A program made the translations under genes and the position numbers. Positions 25,573 to 34,833 of a stretch of DNA of 62,012 nucleotides are shown piece by piece. Positions within the stretch are counted from its first letter, which is position 1. Each line of letters starts with the position of its first letter. Below the pieces are notes generated by a model, which made no database searches, was not told the DNA's origin, and was given only the letters and a program-made list of their open reading frames with translations. Origin of the DNA: Campylobacterales bacterium (GTDB lineage: Bacteria > Campylobacterota > Campylobacteria > Campylobacterales > QNZT01); contig JAMONX010000156.1 in the NCBI GenBank assembly GCA_027066435.1, forward strand, positions 1-62,012, in the 5' to 3' direction.

Positions 25573-26729
25573 TAAAAGTTTCCTAATTCTATATAAATTT
25601 GATTAAATTGTCCGCCTTGTTCAGCTACAAAAAGAAATATTCCAAGGATAGAGAGTCCTAATAGTATCGCTAAAATGATTTTTGTTTTAGAGTAGGGTCT
25701 CTCACCTTTTATAGCTCCACTTCTTGCATTTATAGCAAATCTATACTCTTTGCTTTTGTGTCTAAAGTGTGCTGTCCAAATTGGAAGTAAGATATATTTA
25801 AAAGTGCTTTTGTCATGATAGATCTTGAGATCTGTTATCTGTTGTTTGTCACCACCTATCTTGTATCTTACTGCTTCTTGAATTTCATAAGACATATACT
25901 CTTTGGCATAAGAAAATCCATCATCAAGGGCTACTTGATAGACTTCACTCTCAAATCCGCTCAAGAATTTATCATCATATACTTTGAGATTTTGCAAATC
26001 CCAAGGCTCTAATGAATCAGCTAATTTTCTTGGAATTGTCCTAGTTGCACCTATAAGTACATCATTAAAATCTCTTTGTACTTCTCCGCTAACAGGTGTC
26101 CAACGAATGCGAGGAACCATCTCATCTCTTCTTTGAGCTCTTCCATTTACATAAACAGTTCTTGATACTCTCTCATAGTAGGTATCTCCCCTAAGACCTT
26201 GAAATCTACTATGAGTTTGGCTATCGTATGTCCAATAAGGGAGGTAAATACCAGTAAATCTTGAGTCAGCTTCAGTAAATTTTTTAAGAGAATTTGGAGC
26301 AAACCACAAACTTCCAACCCACTTTTTAAAAACTATTTTTGCCTCTTTTTGATTTATTGAAAAGGGCAAAAGTGACTCAGGAGCCAAAGGCATAAAAATA
26401 TCAAGATTTGTAACAACAGGAGATGCACAAAAAGGGCATTTAGTGCTTCGTATATGAGAGTCTATCTCAAAATCAGCTCCACATGAAGGGCATTTTGCTT
26501 TTAAATCTTTACTTAAATCTACCTTTGGGGAAGTTTCAAGACTTTTTAGAGCATCATCAAGGCTATGCTCATAAATAGGAAGTTTTGGTGGATAAATATG
26601 ATTTATTGTATTGCAGTATTCGCATCTGAGTGCATTTTCATCTGCACAAAAAACCAAAGAAGCTCCACATTGTGAACATGGGAAACTTTTTTGAGTGAAG
26701 CGTTCACCCTCTTTTAGTTTTTTTATCAT
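25572..26729 (-). CDS. Zinc-ribbon protein with C-terminal membrane anchor (YdjG-like partner of SPFH proteins)
   Basis: Three CxxC-type pairs (CSQCGA...CEYCNT, CPSCGA...CPFCAS). C-terminal TM IILAILLGLSILGIFLFV. 1-nt overlap with nnrS. Confidence 0.5.
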   Translation of the reverse strand: MIKKLKEGERFTQKSFPCSQCGASLVFCADENALRCEYCNTINHIYPPKLPIYEHSLDDALKSLETSPKVDLSKDLKAKCPSCGADFEIDSHIRSTKCPFCASPVVTNLDIFMPLAPESLLPFSINQKEAKIVFKKWVGSLWFAPNSLKKFTEADSRFTGIYLPYWTYDSQTHSRFQGLRGDTYYERVSRTVYVNGRAQRRDEMVPRIRWTPVSGEVQRDFNDVLIGATRTIPRKLADSLEPWDLQNLKVYDDKFLSGFESEVYQVALDDGFSYAKEYMSYEIQEAVRYKIGGDKQQITDLKIYHDKSTFKYILLPIWTAHFRHKSKEYRFAINARSGAIKGERPYSKTKIILAILLGLSILGIFLFVAEQGGQFNQIYIELGNF

Positions 26730-26736
26730 TAAATCA

Positions 26737-27807
26737 CTAAAGTGGTGGAGGTGCTAAAAAATTAAAAAGAGATTCTATCTCTTCAAGTTCTTTGGCACTT
26801 TCCCATTTTTCCATGCCAGTTGCCCACATAAGTGTTTTAGAATTAATCTTACTCTCTTTGATAAACTCTTCTATCTCATCGATAGAAAATGGACCTTTTG
26901 GATCTTTTTCTTGTGCAAAATAGTACATTTTTTCATAAGGTTGGGGAATATAACTCTTCTTATTATCAAATTTATTGGCTAATTTTTCAGCCATTGCAAA
27001 TCCAACACCCATAGCTGCCATATCACCAGCGGCACTTCCTCCTCCTTTTGTCATAGACTCTGCAGTTTGGAAAGTTAGATAATCGCTCAAATCTTTGATA
27101 ATACCCATACTGCTTCTCTTATCAAGTGCCTCTTCAACAGCAGGAGGTACAGAAATGTTTTCTATAAGAACACCAGTGAGTTCTAGTCCATATTTTGAAA
27201 ATTCATCAGCTATCTTTTGGCTTATATATTCTCCTAATTGGTCATAATTTGAAGCTAAATCAAGAACAGGTATGTTTGAACTAGCCACAATATCTGTAAA
27301 ACGAGAAATTATATGATTTCTTAACTGATTTGAGATATCTTCAATACTAAAATGACCATTTGTTCCAACTATCTCTTTTATAAAAAGTGCAGGGTCATCT
27401 ATCCTTACCCCATAAGTACCAAATGCTCGAAGTCTTATCACTCCAAACTCTCTGTCTCGTAAAATTATAGGATTTTTAGTACCCCATTTTAGATCTAAAA
27501 ATTGTCGTAAGTTACAAAAATAGACTTCAGCCTTAAATGGTGAGTTAAAGTTATGATCCCAGTGTTGTAATGAAGTTAAAATAGGTAAGTTTTGAGTCTC
27601 TAGGGCATAAATACCAGGTCCTAAAACATCAGCTATCTCTCCCTCATTTACAAATACTGCAGCTTGAGCTTGACGAACTGTTAATTTTGCACCATATTTT
27701 ATCTCATTGTTATATCTTAAAAATCGATATACCATTGTATTGTTGCTCTCATCAAGCCAATCAATTACATCTATAAACTCACCAAATATTTTATCCCAAA
27801 AACCCAT
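26737..27807 (-). CDS. SPFH/Band-7 domain protein (COG4260, YdjI-like) with C-terminal GYF_2 domain
   Basis: N-terminus MGFWDKIFGEFIDVIDWLDESNNTMVYRF. C-terminus GPFSIDEIEEFIKESKINSKTLMWATGMEKWESAKEL. Confidence 0.75.
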   Translation of the reverse strand: MGFWDKIFGEFIDVIDWLDESNNTMVYRFLRYNNEIKYGAKLTVRQAQAAVFVNEGEIADVLGPGIYALETQNLPILTSLQHWDHNFNSPFKAEVYFCNLRQFLDLKWGTKNPIILRDREFGVIRLRAFGTYGVRIDDPALFIKEIVGTNGHFSIEDISNQLRNHIISRFTDIVASSNIPVLDLASNYDQLGEYISQKIADEFSKYGLELTGVLIENISVPPAVEEALDKRSSMGIIKDLSDYLTFQTAESMTKGGGSAAGDMAAMGVGFAMAEKLANKFDNKKSYIPQPYEKMYYFAQEKDPKGPFSIDEIEEFIKESKINSKTLMWATGMEKWESAKELEEIESLFNFLAPPPL

Positions 27808-27822
27808 ATTTAATATCCTATT

Positions 27823-29004
27823 TTATTTTCTAAGTCGTCCAGCTGCTAAAAGTGCATCGTGAAGTTGTGCTTCTACTTTTTCTAACTCTTGTGTAGCGGT
27901 GGCTCTTGCTTCTTTACCTTTGTTTGCTATCTCTAAACTCTCATTAATAGTATCTATAAGTGTTTGGTTTGCTTTTTTGATAGACTCGATATCATAAACA
28001 CCTCTTTCAACTTGCTCTCTTATCTCTCTGTTTGTCTCTTGTAGATTTTCTGCATTTTGTTCTAGTAGTTCATTTGTAAGATCTGTTGCTTTTTTAACAG
28101 ATTCTGCTGCTACACCACTTCTATAAATTGTGATAGTTTGTGCAAGTTGGTTTTTCCAAAGTGGTACAGTGTTTACTAAAGTTGAACTAATCTTACCAAT
28201 GAGTGCTTTGTCATTTTCCTGAACCAATCTGATACTTGGAAGTGATTGCATAGCGACTTGTCGTGAGAGTCTTAAATCGTGTATTCTTCTCTCAAGGTTA
28301 TCTCTTGTAGCTATGATATCTTTTAAGCCCAGAGCTTTTATCATCTTTTTGCTCTCTCCAGCTTCAATCTCTAGTTTTGGTATAATATCTCGATCAAGCT
28401 CTTCTAGCTTATGAACCCCCGCTGCTATATAGAGTTCTAACTCTTTAAAATATTCAAGATTTACATCATAAAGCCTATCAAGTGCTGTGATATCAGTTAA
28501 AAGTTGTGTTTTTTGTTGCTCTAAATCATCAGTTATGCCATCTATCTGTTCTCTTACATCTTCATATTGACCGATAAATTTTGTAATTGGAGATGCAAAG
28601 CCCATCATCTTAGATATAAAACCTTGTTTCTTATCTGCACCAAGTGCATCTATATCAAAACCTTTTATAACAGAAACAAGATTGTTAAGACTATGACCTA
28701 CTGTACCTAACTCTTTGTTTTTTACGCCTTCTAACATAGAGTCTGATACTGTGTTCATACTCTCTTGTGCTTTTGTTCCAAAGTATAAAACAGTACTTGG
28801 AATATTGATATCAATCTCTTTAGCGACTATTTCCATCTTTGTCTGATCAATTTGGCTAGAAGATTCATATGAAACTATACCATCTTCGCTAATAATTTCA
28901 TTTAAATCAACAACTGTAGTTTTTAGTTCAAACTTTTCATCTTTAATCTCTTCAACCTCTTTTTGTATCTCATCATTGACTACTTCTTCAGCTCTCTTTT
29001 CCAT
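27823..29004 (-). CDS. telA: TelA/YaaN-family toxic anion resistance protein
   Basis: LPSIRLVQENDKALIGKISSTLVNTVPLWKNQLAQ and ERGVYDIESIKKANQTLIDTI match TelA family conserved blocks as I recall them. 393 aa. Confidence 0.75.
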   Translation of the reverse strand: MEKRAEEVVNDEIQKEVEEIKDEKFELKTTVVDLNEIISEDGIVSYESSSQIDQTKMEIVAKEIDINIPSTVLYFGTKAQESMNTVSDSMLEGVKNKELGTVGHSLNNLVSVIKGFDIDALGADKKQGFISKMMGFASPITKFIGQYEDVREQIDGITDDLEQQKTQLLTDITALDRLYDVNLEYFKELELYIAAGVHKLEELDRDIIPKLEIEAGESKKMIKALGLKDIIATRDNLERRIHDLRLSRQVAMQSLPSIRLVQENDKALIGKISSTLVNTVPLWKNQLAQTITIYRSGVAAESVKKATDLTNELLEQNAENLQETNREIREQVERGVYDIESIKKANQTLIDTINESLEIANKGKEARATATQELEKVEAQLHDALLAAGRLRK

Positions 29005-29007
29005 AAC

Positions 29008-29853
29008 TCACACTCCTTCATTTTTGATTTGTTTTGTTAATGCTTCTATTTGCACATCTAGTCTTGTTATATCATCTTCATTTAACTTCTCTTTTTGTTC
29101 ATGGATAGTTCTTTCTACAGTTTCAAGAAGATGGATGTAATTTGTTCTCATCTTTTTGTCTATATTCTCCTTTAAAAGATTAACTTCATACTCTTTTGTT
29201 ATTTTTTGAGTTCTATCAAGATAGACATTAAAAAACTTTCTAGCACGAGAGAGGTCATTTGGGTTTTCTTCAACAGTTTTTATGACATGTTCAGTCTCTT
29301 TTATGATGCTGTCTAACTCTTTACTTATTTGTGGGTCATTTATAGAAATTTTTAGTTTTTTGATATCTGATATCTTATCTTTTGCTAAGCCTGTAATTCT
29401 AATAACTTCTTCAGCACTGACTCCGATATTTAACTCACCAACTTTATCAACTCTAGGATCCAATCCATAATACAGATAAAATCCAATAAAAGAGACCATT
29501 GCTAAAAGTATGCTTAAAAAGAGTCCATTTCCAGCAGCCATATATGAAGTAAAAAAAGTCGCAATAGTTATAATGACGGCTGAAATACTTTTATATTTTA
29601 TTTTTGGTGCTTTGGCTAAAATACTTTTGTTGTATTCAATCTCAAAAAGAAAACCTTTCCTTGCAATCGTAGCTCCAAGTATAAAAAGGGCATATGCTAT
29701 ACCATTTATAATAATACCTTGAAAATCTCCATTTAAAAGAGCAAAAAAGAGAGTCAATAAAATAGGCAGAGGTAAAATATAGAGTAAAATACCCTTGATA
29801 AAAAAAGGTTTTTTGCTATTTTGAGAAGGCTGATATTTTTTTGTTTTTACCAC
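29008..29853 (-). CDS. XpaC-like (5-bromo-4-chloroindolyl phosphate hydrolysis family) membrane protein
   Basis: Four N-terminal TM helices and a helical C-terminus. Positioned directly upstream of telA, as in the B. subtilis xpaC-yaaN arrangement. Confidence 0.5.
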   Translation of the reverse strand: MVKTKKYQPSQNSKKPFFIKGILLYILPLPILLTLFFALLNGDFQGIIINGIAYALFILGATIARKGFLFEIEYNKSILAKAPKIKYKSISAVIITIATFFTSYMAAGNGLFLSILLAMVSFIGFYLYYGLDPRVDKVGELNIGVSAEEVIRITGLAKDKISDIKKLKISINDPQISKELDSIIKETEHVIKTVEENPNDLSRARKFFNVYLDRTQKITKEYEVNLLKENIDKKMRTNYIHLLETVERTIHEQKEKLNEDDITRLDVQIEALTKQIKNEGV

Positions 29854-29857
29854 TATA

Positions 29858-29956
29858 TTAATCCTTCAAAAGATAAAAAAGTGCTTGCCAAGCTACAGCA
29901 CCAGTAGAACCAAGTAACAAAAGAAAACCTACAAACTTACTTAATGCAATATTCAT
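29858..29956 (-). CDS. Unannotated 32-codon hydrophobic small ORF leading the xpaC-telA operon
   Basis: Hand translation: MNIALSKFVGFLLLLGSTGAVAWQALFYLLKD*. GGAAGTGG lies 2 nt upstream of the ATG. The stop is 4 nt before the xpaC-like start. Shorter than every ORF listed in the track. Confidence 0.4.
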   Translation of the reverse strand: MNIALSKFVGFLLLLGSTGAVAWQALFYLLKD

Positions 29957-30046
29957 TACCACTTCCAATACATTCTAGTTTTCTCTTATTGTAACAAATA
30001 TTAATAGAAATGAAGCTAAAATTATAAAAATTGTTAAGGTTAAATT

Positions 30047-31228
30047 ATGTTTGAAAAAATGGATAAAGATTTTGTTCTTCACTCCTATGGTAGAAATTAT
30101 GTCAATTTCAAAAGTGCTAGTGGAGCTGTTATAAGAGATGATAAAGACAATAAATATATAGATTTATCAGCAGGAATTGGAGTTGTAAGTGTTGGGCATT
30201 CGCATCCTAGGGTCACAAAGGCTATTTGCGAGAGGGCTGAAAAAATTATACATGTATCAAATCTTTTTCTTATAGAACCTCAAGCAAAATTGGCGAAAAA
30301 GTTAGTAGAACTTAGCGGATATGATATGAGATGTTTTTTCTCAAACAGTGGAGCAGAAGCAAATGAAGGTGCTATAAAAATTGCTAGAAAATATGGTGAA
30401 GTTGAGGACAAACCAAAACGCTACAAAGTGATAACCCTAGAACACTCTTTTCACGGAAGAACTATTTCAACTCTAAAAGCTACTGGGCAAGAGTCTATGC
30501 ATAACTATTTTGGACCATTCCCTGATGGTTTTGTTTATGCAAAAGATATTGATGATATAGAGACTCTTTGTGATGATCATACTGTTGCTGTTATGATTGA
30601 ACTTATACAAGGGGAGGGTGGAGTAGAACCACTTGATAAAGATAAAGTTAAAAAGCTTGCAGAGTTTTTAAAGAAAAAAGATATTTTACTCATAGTTGAT
30701 GAAGTCCAAACAGGAATTTATCGAACTGGAGAGTTTTTGGCTTCAAATCTTTATGATATTGAACCTGATATTGTAACTATCGCTAAAGGGCTTGGTGGTG
30801 GGGTTCCTATAGGTGCTGTTATGACAACTCTTAAAGATATATTTAAACCAGGTGACCATGGGAGTACTTTTGGTGGGAATTATCTTGTATGTTCAGTAGC
30901 CCTTGAAGTGCTTGATATATTAGAAGAATATAAAAATAGTGGAGGACTTGATGAAGCTATGATAGCTTTTCATAACTCTTTGAAAAATATATCTAAACAA
31001 TATCCTCAAATTGTAGAGAAAGAGGTTGGTTTTGGTTTTATGAGAGGGCTTCGTATAAAAGATAGCGACACTTTGGCTAAGATTTTAGAAAGTGCATTTA
31101 AGGAAAGAGTTTTAGTTTTAAAAGCTGGACGAAATACACTTAGATTTTTACCTCCCCTTACAATTAGTAAAGAAGAGTTAGATGAAGGGATAAAAAGAGT
31201 TGAAAATGCTTTTTCTAGTATCTCTTAG
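30047..31228 (+). CDS. argD: Acetylornithine aminotransferase (class III PLP aminotransferase)
   Basis: GIGVVSVGHSHP, SNSGAEANEGAIKIARKY, DEVQTGIYRTG, TIAKGLGGGVPIGA (PLP lysine). Confidence 0.85.
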   Translation: MFEKMDKDFVLHSYGRNYVNFKSASGAVIRDDKDNKYIDLSAGIGVVSVGHSHPRVTKAICERAEKIIHVSNLFLIEPQAKLAKKLVELSGYDMRCFFSNSGAEANEGAIKIARKYGEVEDKPKRYKVITLEHSFHGRTISTLKATGQESMHNYFGPFPDGFVYAKDIDDIETLCDDHTVAVMIELIQGEGGVEPLDKDKVKKLAEFLKKKDILLIVDEVQTGIYRTGEFLASNLYDIEPDIVTIAKGLGGGVPIGAVMTTLKDIFKPGDHGSTFGGNYLVCSVALEVLDILEEYKNSGGLDEAMIAFHNSLKNISKQYPQIVEKEVGFGFMRGLRIKDSDTLAKILESAFKERVLVLKAGRNTLRFLPPLTISKEELDEGIKRVENAFSSIS

Positions 31229-32393
31229 TTTAGTTTTTACAAGCACTTTAGTAGCAAGTGAAGCATATAAGTATCTCAGTGATGAAAAAAAAGAGATACT
31301 AAATATTGAAAAAGAGGTAAACACTAAACAAGCAACCAATCTAAAGCTTGATTGGATAAATCCAATAGTTGCATCTTATAGCTACTCAAAAAGTGACCAG
31401 ATAGGAGCTTTTAGTACTTCAAAGTTTTTTCGCATCTCATTTGATCAACCTATTTTTAAAAGTGGCGGTATCTATTTTGCTATTAAATACTCAGATGCAA
31501 ATAAAAAATTTAAAGAGATAGCTCAAAGTACAAAAGAGTCAAATCTAATAAAAAGTTTATATGATAGTGTGCTAAATCTAAAAAAACTAGATGCACAAAT
31601 CCAAAAAGCAACTTTAAGCATTTTAAATGCAAAGATAGATATCCAAAGAAAAAAAGAACAATTTGATAGTGGGTTGTTAGATAGTAGTTTTTTAGACTCT
31701 GCAATCTTAAACAAGACAAAGCTAGAGCATCAGAGGCTATCTTTAGAGGCTTCAAAATTTGCCCTTCAAAAAAGTTTTGAAAATTTGAGTGATTATGACT
31801 ATAAAGAGGTAAATTTACCTCACTTTGAGAGTGTAAGCCAAGAGGTGTTTATAAAAAACAATATTGAAATTTCAAGTTCACACAGCAATAAAAACCAAGC
31901 AAAAGAGCTTAAAAATATGACTATTTCAAACTATCTACCAACATTTTCTCTCTATGGTGATTATAGCCATAAAGATGATGAAGTACAGTTTTTTAAACAG
32001 GCAAAAGAGTATAAAACTTATGGTGTACGAGTTAGTATGCCTATATTTGCAATTAACCGAGGTCGAGATATAGAGATTAGAAAGTTAGAGTATCTAAAAG
32101 CAAAAATTGCACTAAAAGATAGTAAAAAAGCTTCAATACATGAATTTCAAACTATAGAAAATACTATTTCTATTTTGAAAAAAAGAGTAGAGATTGCAAA
32201 AAGTGATTTACTTTTATATAACTCACTTGTAAAAAATGCACAAGATGGTTTGGCAGCAGGAGAGAAAACAATTCTTGATGTGGATACTCTTAAAAACTCA
32301 AAAGAGATTGCCTCACTTGATGAGAAAATTTATAATATCGATATAGAGTTAGAGCTTTTAAAACTATATGCAAAGATGAGTGATGCGATTTAG
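31200..32393 (+). CDS. TolC-family outer membrane efflux protein
   Basis: Signal peptide MKMLFLVSLSLVFTSTLVA and two-repeat coiled/beta architecture. The start is uncertain (31200 or 31206), and it overlaps the argD end. Confidence 0.55.
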   Translation: MKMLFLVSLSLVFTSTLVASEAYKYLSDEKKEILNIEKEVNTKQATNLKLDWINPIVASYSYSKSDQIGAFSTSKFFRISFDQPIFKSGGIYFAIKYSDANKKFKEIAQSTKESNLIKSLYDSVLNLKKLDAQIQKATLSILNAKIDIQRKKEQFDSGLLDSSFLDSAILNKTKLEHQRLSLEASKFALQKSFENLSDYDYKEVNLPHFESVSQEVFIKNNIEISSSHSNKNQAKELKNMTISNYLPTFSLYGDYSHKDDEVQFFKQAKEYKTYGVRVSMPIFAINRGRDIEIRKLEYLKAKIALKDSKKASIHEFQTIENTISILKKRVEIAKSDLLLYNSLVKNAQDGLAAGEKTILDVDTLKNSKEIASLDEKIYNIDIELELLKLYAKMSDAI

Positions 32394-33408
32394 TATTTTT
32401 ATGGAAAATTGGCTTTATAGCAAAGATGCATACTACTCAAAATATCGTGAAATTGGCAAAGGTGGAGATTTTTATACCGCTGTGAGTTCAAGTATGTTTT
32501 TTGGTGGAAGCATTGCAAATCGTTTGATTTATTCGATTGATGAAGGTTTTTTAGACTCAACTTGTTCTGTTGTAGAAATTGGTGCTCATCAAGGTTATAT
32601 GTTGGCAGATATTGTGCAATTTATCTATACTTTAAGACCTAAGTTATTGGATTCGTTGCAATTTGTTATCATAGAACCACATGAGGAAAATATCAAAGCA
32701 CAGATAAAATATTTTAAAGATTCTTTTGGAGATGTTGTAAACTTAAAACATTTTAACTCTCTTGATGCAGTTGAAATAGATAGTGCCTTTGTTGTAGCAA
32801 ATGAGATATTTGATGCCTTCTCTTGTGAACTTATAAAAGATGACAAGATGCTTTATATGGATGGGTTTAAACCAGAGTTTAGAGAGCAAAATGATGAGAT
32901 TAAAATTCATTGTGAAAAATATGGTATAAAGAGTGGAGAAGTTGGTATTGGTTATGAAATATTTGCAAAATCACTTGCGAGAGCTTTTAAAAAGTTTGAA
33001 TTTGTTACATTTGATTATGGCGAAAAAGAGAAACGGAGCGATTTTTCTTTGAGGATTTATCATAAACATAAAACTTATCCATTTTTTGCATTAACTGATT
33101 TTGTAGAAAATGACAAAGAGAAACCAAAAGATGTGAGTTTAAAGACGCTTTATAAAAAGAGTGATATTACTTATGATGTAAACTTTGAACACCTTATAGA
33201 TGCATTTAAAGAAAATGGTTCAAGATTGGTCTATTTCAAGACACAGATGGCAATGCTTGTAGAATTTGGTATAATAGAACTTTTAGACCAGCTCCAACAA
33301 AATGTTGATGAAAAAACTTACCAAAGTGAGATGAATAGGGCAAAAGTGCTTATTGATCCATCATTTATGGGTGAACGGTTTAAGGGTGTTGTGTTTAGAA
33401 AAGAGTAA
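32380..33408 (+). CDS. SAM-dependent methyltransferase, MidA/NDUFAF7 (COG1565, DUF185) family
   Basis: FMENWLYSKDAYYSKYREIGKGGDFYTAVSSSMFFG, VVEIGAHQGYM, ANEIFDAF. Confidence 0.65.
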   Translation: MMRFSIFMENWLYSKDAYYSKYREIGKGGDFYTAVSSSMFFGGSIANRLIYSIDEGFLDSTCSVVEIGAHQGYMLADIVQFIYTLRPKLLDSLQFVIIEPHEENIKAQIKYFKDSFGDVVNLKHFNSLDAVEIDSAFVVANEIFDAFSCELIKDDKMLYMDGFKPEFREQNDEIKIHCEKYGIKSGEVGIGYEIFAKSLARAFKKFEFVTFDYGEKEKRSDFSLRIYHKHKTYPFFALTDFVENDKEKPKDVSLKTLYKKSDITYDVNFEHLIDAFKENGSRLVYFKTQMAMLVEFGIIELLDQLQQNVDEKTYQSEMNRAKVLIDPSFMGERFKGVVFRKE

Positions 33409-33427
33409 AAAAATTTAGGAAGAAATA

Positions 33428-33631
33428 ATGATAAAGATAATAGTAAATGGGGAAAAAAGAGAAGTTTCTGAAAATATGAAGATAGGTACACTTTTAAGGG
33501 ATTTAGGAATTGAGGAAAAGACGATGGCAAGTGCTGTAAATACAGAAGTTGTTAAGAAGGAAAATTGGGATAGTCATGTTGTAAAAGATGGCGATAGGAT
33601 AGAGTTCTTACACTTTGTTGGCGGTGGATGA
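33428..33631 (+). CDS. thiS: ThiS/MoaD-type sulfur carrier protein
   Basis: 67 aa, ubiquitin-like pattern, C-terminal GG (HFVGGG). Confidence 0.7.
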   Translation: MIKIIVNGEKREVSENMKIGTLLRDLGIEEKTMASAVNTEVVKKENWDSHVVKDGDRIEFLHFVGGG

Positions 33632-34833
33632 TTTATCGTAAAAAAGTAGCAATTATTGGTGGAGGAGCTTCTGGGCTTGTCGCTGCTATTTGTGCTGCTA
33701 GACAAGGGATAAGTGTTGAGTTATTTGAAAAAAGTGCAAAAGTAGGGAGAAAAATCTTAGCTACTGGAAATGGTCGTTGCAATATCAGCAATGAGCATAT
33801 TTTGGTGGAGAATTATCACGGAAAAAATTTATTTTTTATAAAAGAGATATTAAAAAGATTTAGTACCCAAGATGCAAAAAAGTTTTTTTCAGGTATTGGT
33901 CTTGAGATAGTTGAAGGAACAAATGGTCGTCTTTATCCTATGTCACTGCAATCTTCTAGTGTAGTTGAGCTATTGCTTTATGAGTGTAAACGATTGGGCG
34001 TTAGTATAAATCTTTCATGTGAAGTTATAAAAATTATAAAAGAGAACTCTCTGTTTAGAGTTTTTACAGAATCTTTGAGTAAAACTTACGATAATGTAAT
34101 TATAGCGACAGGTTCTTTGGCTATGCCGTCCCTTGGTAGTAGCGAAAGTGGATATAAGTTTGCAAGAGCTTTTGGATTGGAAATAGAAAAACCTTTTGCA
34201 TCTTTGGTTCAATTGGTTTGTAGTGATAAATTTGTTTTAGATGCAAGCGGTGTAAAAATTGATGCTTATATAGAAGTTTTTGTAGATAGGGAAGTTAAAA
34301 ATTCTGCTAGAGGGGATTTGCTTTTTACAAATTATGGATTATCAGGTTCTGCAATTTTAGATATAAGTCGTAGTGTATCTGAAGCTATAGTAAAAAAATG
34401 TGAAGTTCTTTTAAAGATAGACTTGATGCCAAATTTATCTCTAAATGAGTTAAAATCACTTTTACAAAAAAGAGCAAAAAATCTACCATTAGAGCTTTGG
34501 TTAAGTGGCATAATCAATAAAAAATTGATAAAACTTATAGCAAATGTATCCAAAGTATCTCTCAAAAACCAAATAGATACAAAAGTGATTCATAAACTAA
34601 GCTTTGCAATTAAAAATTTAACAGTTAAAGTAGAAAATACAAAAGGTACAAAAAGCTGTGAAGTGATGGCTGGTGGGGTATCAACAAAAGATATAAATTC
34701 TAAAACCATGCAATCAAAGCAAGTTGAAGGACTTTTTTTTTGTGGAGAAGTTTTAGATGTAGATGGAGATTGTGGAGGGTATAATCTCCACTTTGCATGG
34801 GCTAGTGGATACTTAGCAGGTAAGAGCCTCTAG
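33628..34833 (+). CDS. HI0933/BaiN-like FAD-dependent flavoprotein (aminoacetone oxidase family)
   Basis: VAIIGGGASGL dinucleotide motif, TGNGRCN, GGYNLHFAWASG. Confidence 0.8.
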   Translation: MIYRKKVAIIGGGASGLVAAICAARQGISVELFEKSAKVGRKILATGNGRCNISNEHILVENYHGKNLFFIKEILKRFSTQDAKKFFSGIGLEIVEGTNGRLYPMSLQSSSVVELLLYECKRLGVSINLSCEVIKIIKENSLFRVFTESLSKTYDNVIIATGSLAMPSLGSSESGYKFARAFGLEIEKPFASLVQLVCSDKFVLDASGVKIDAYIEVFVDREVKNSARGDLLFTNYGLSGSAILDISRSVSEAIVKKCEVLLKIDLMPNLSLNELKSLLQKRAKNLPLELWLSGIINKKLIKLIANVSKVSLKNQIDTKVIHKLSFAIKNLTVKVENTKGTKSCEVMAGGVSTKDINSKTMQSKQVEGLFFCGEVLDVDGDCGGYNLHFAWASGYLAGKSL

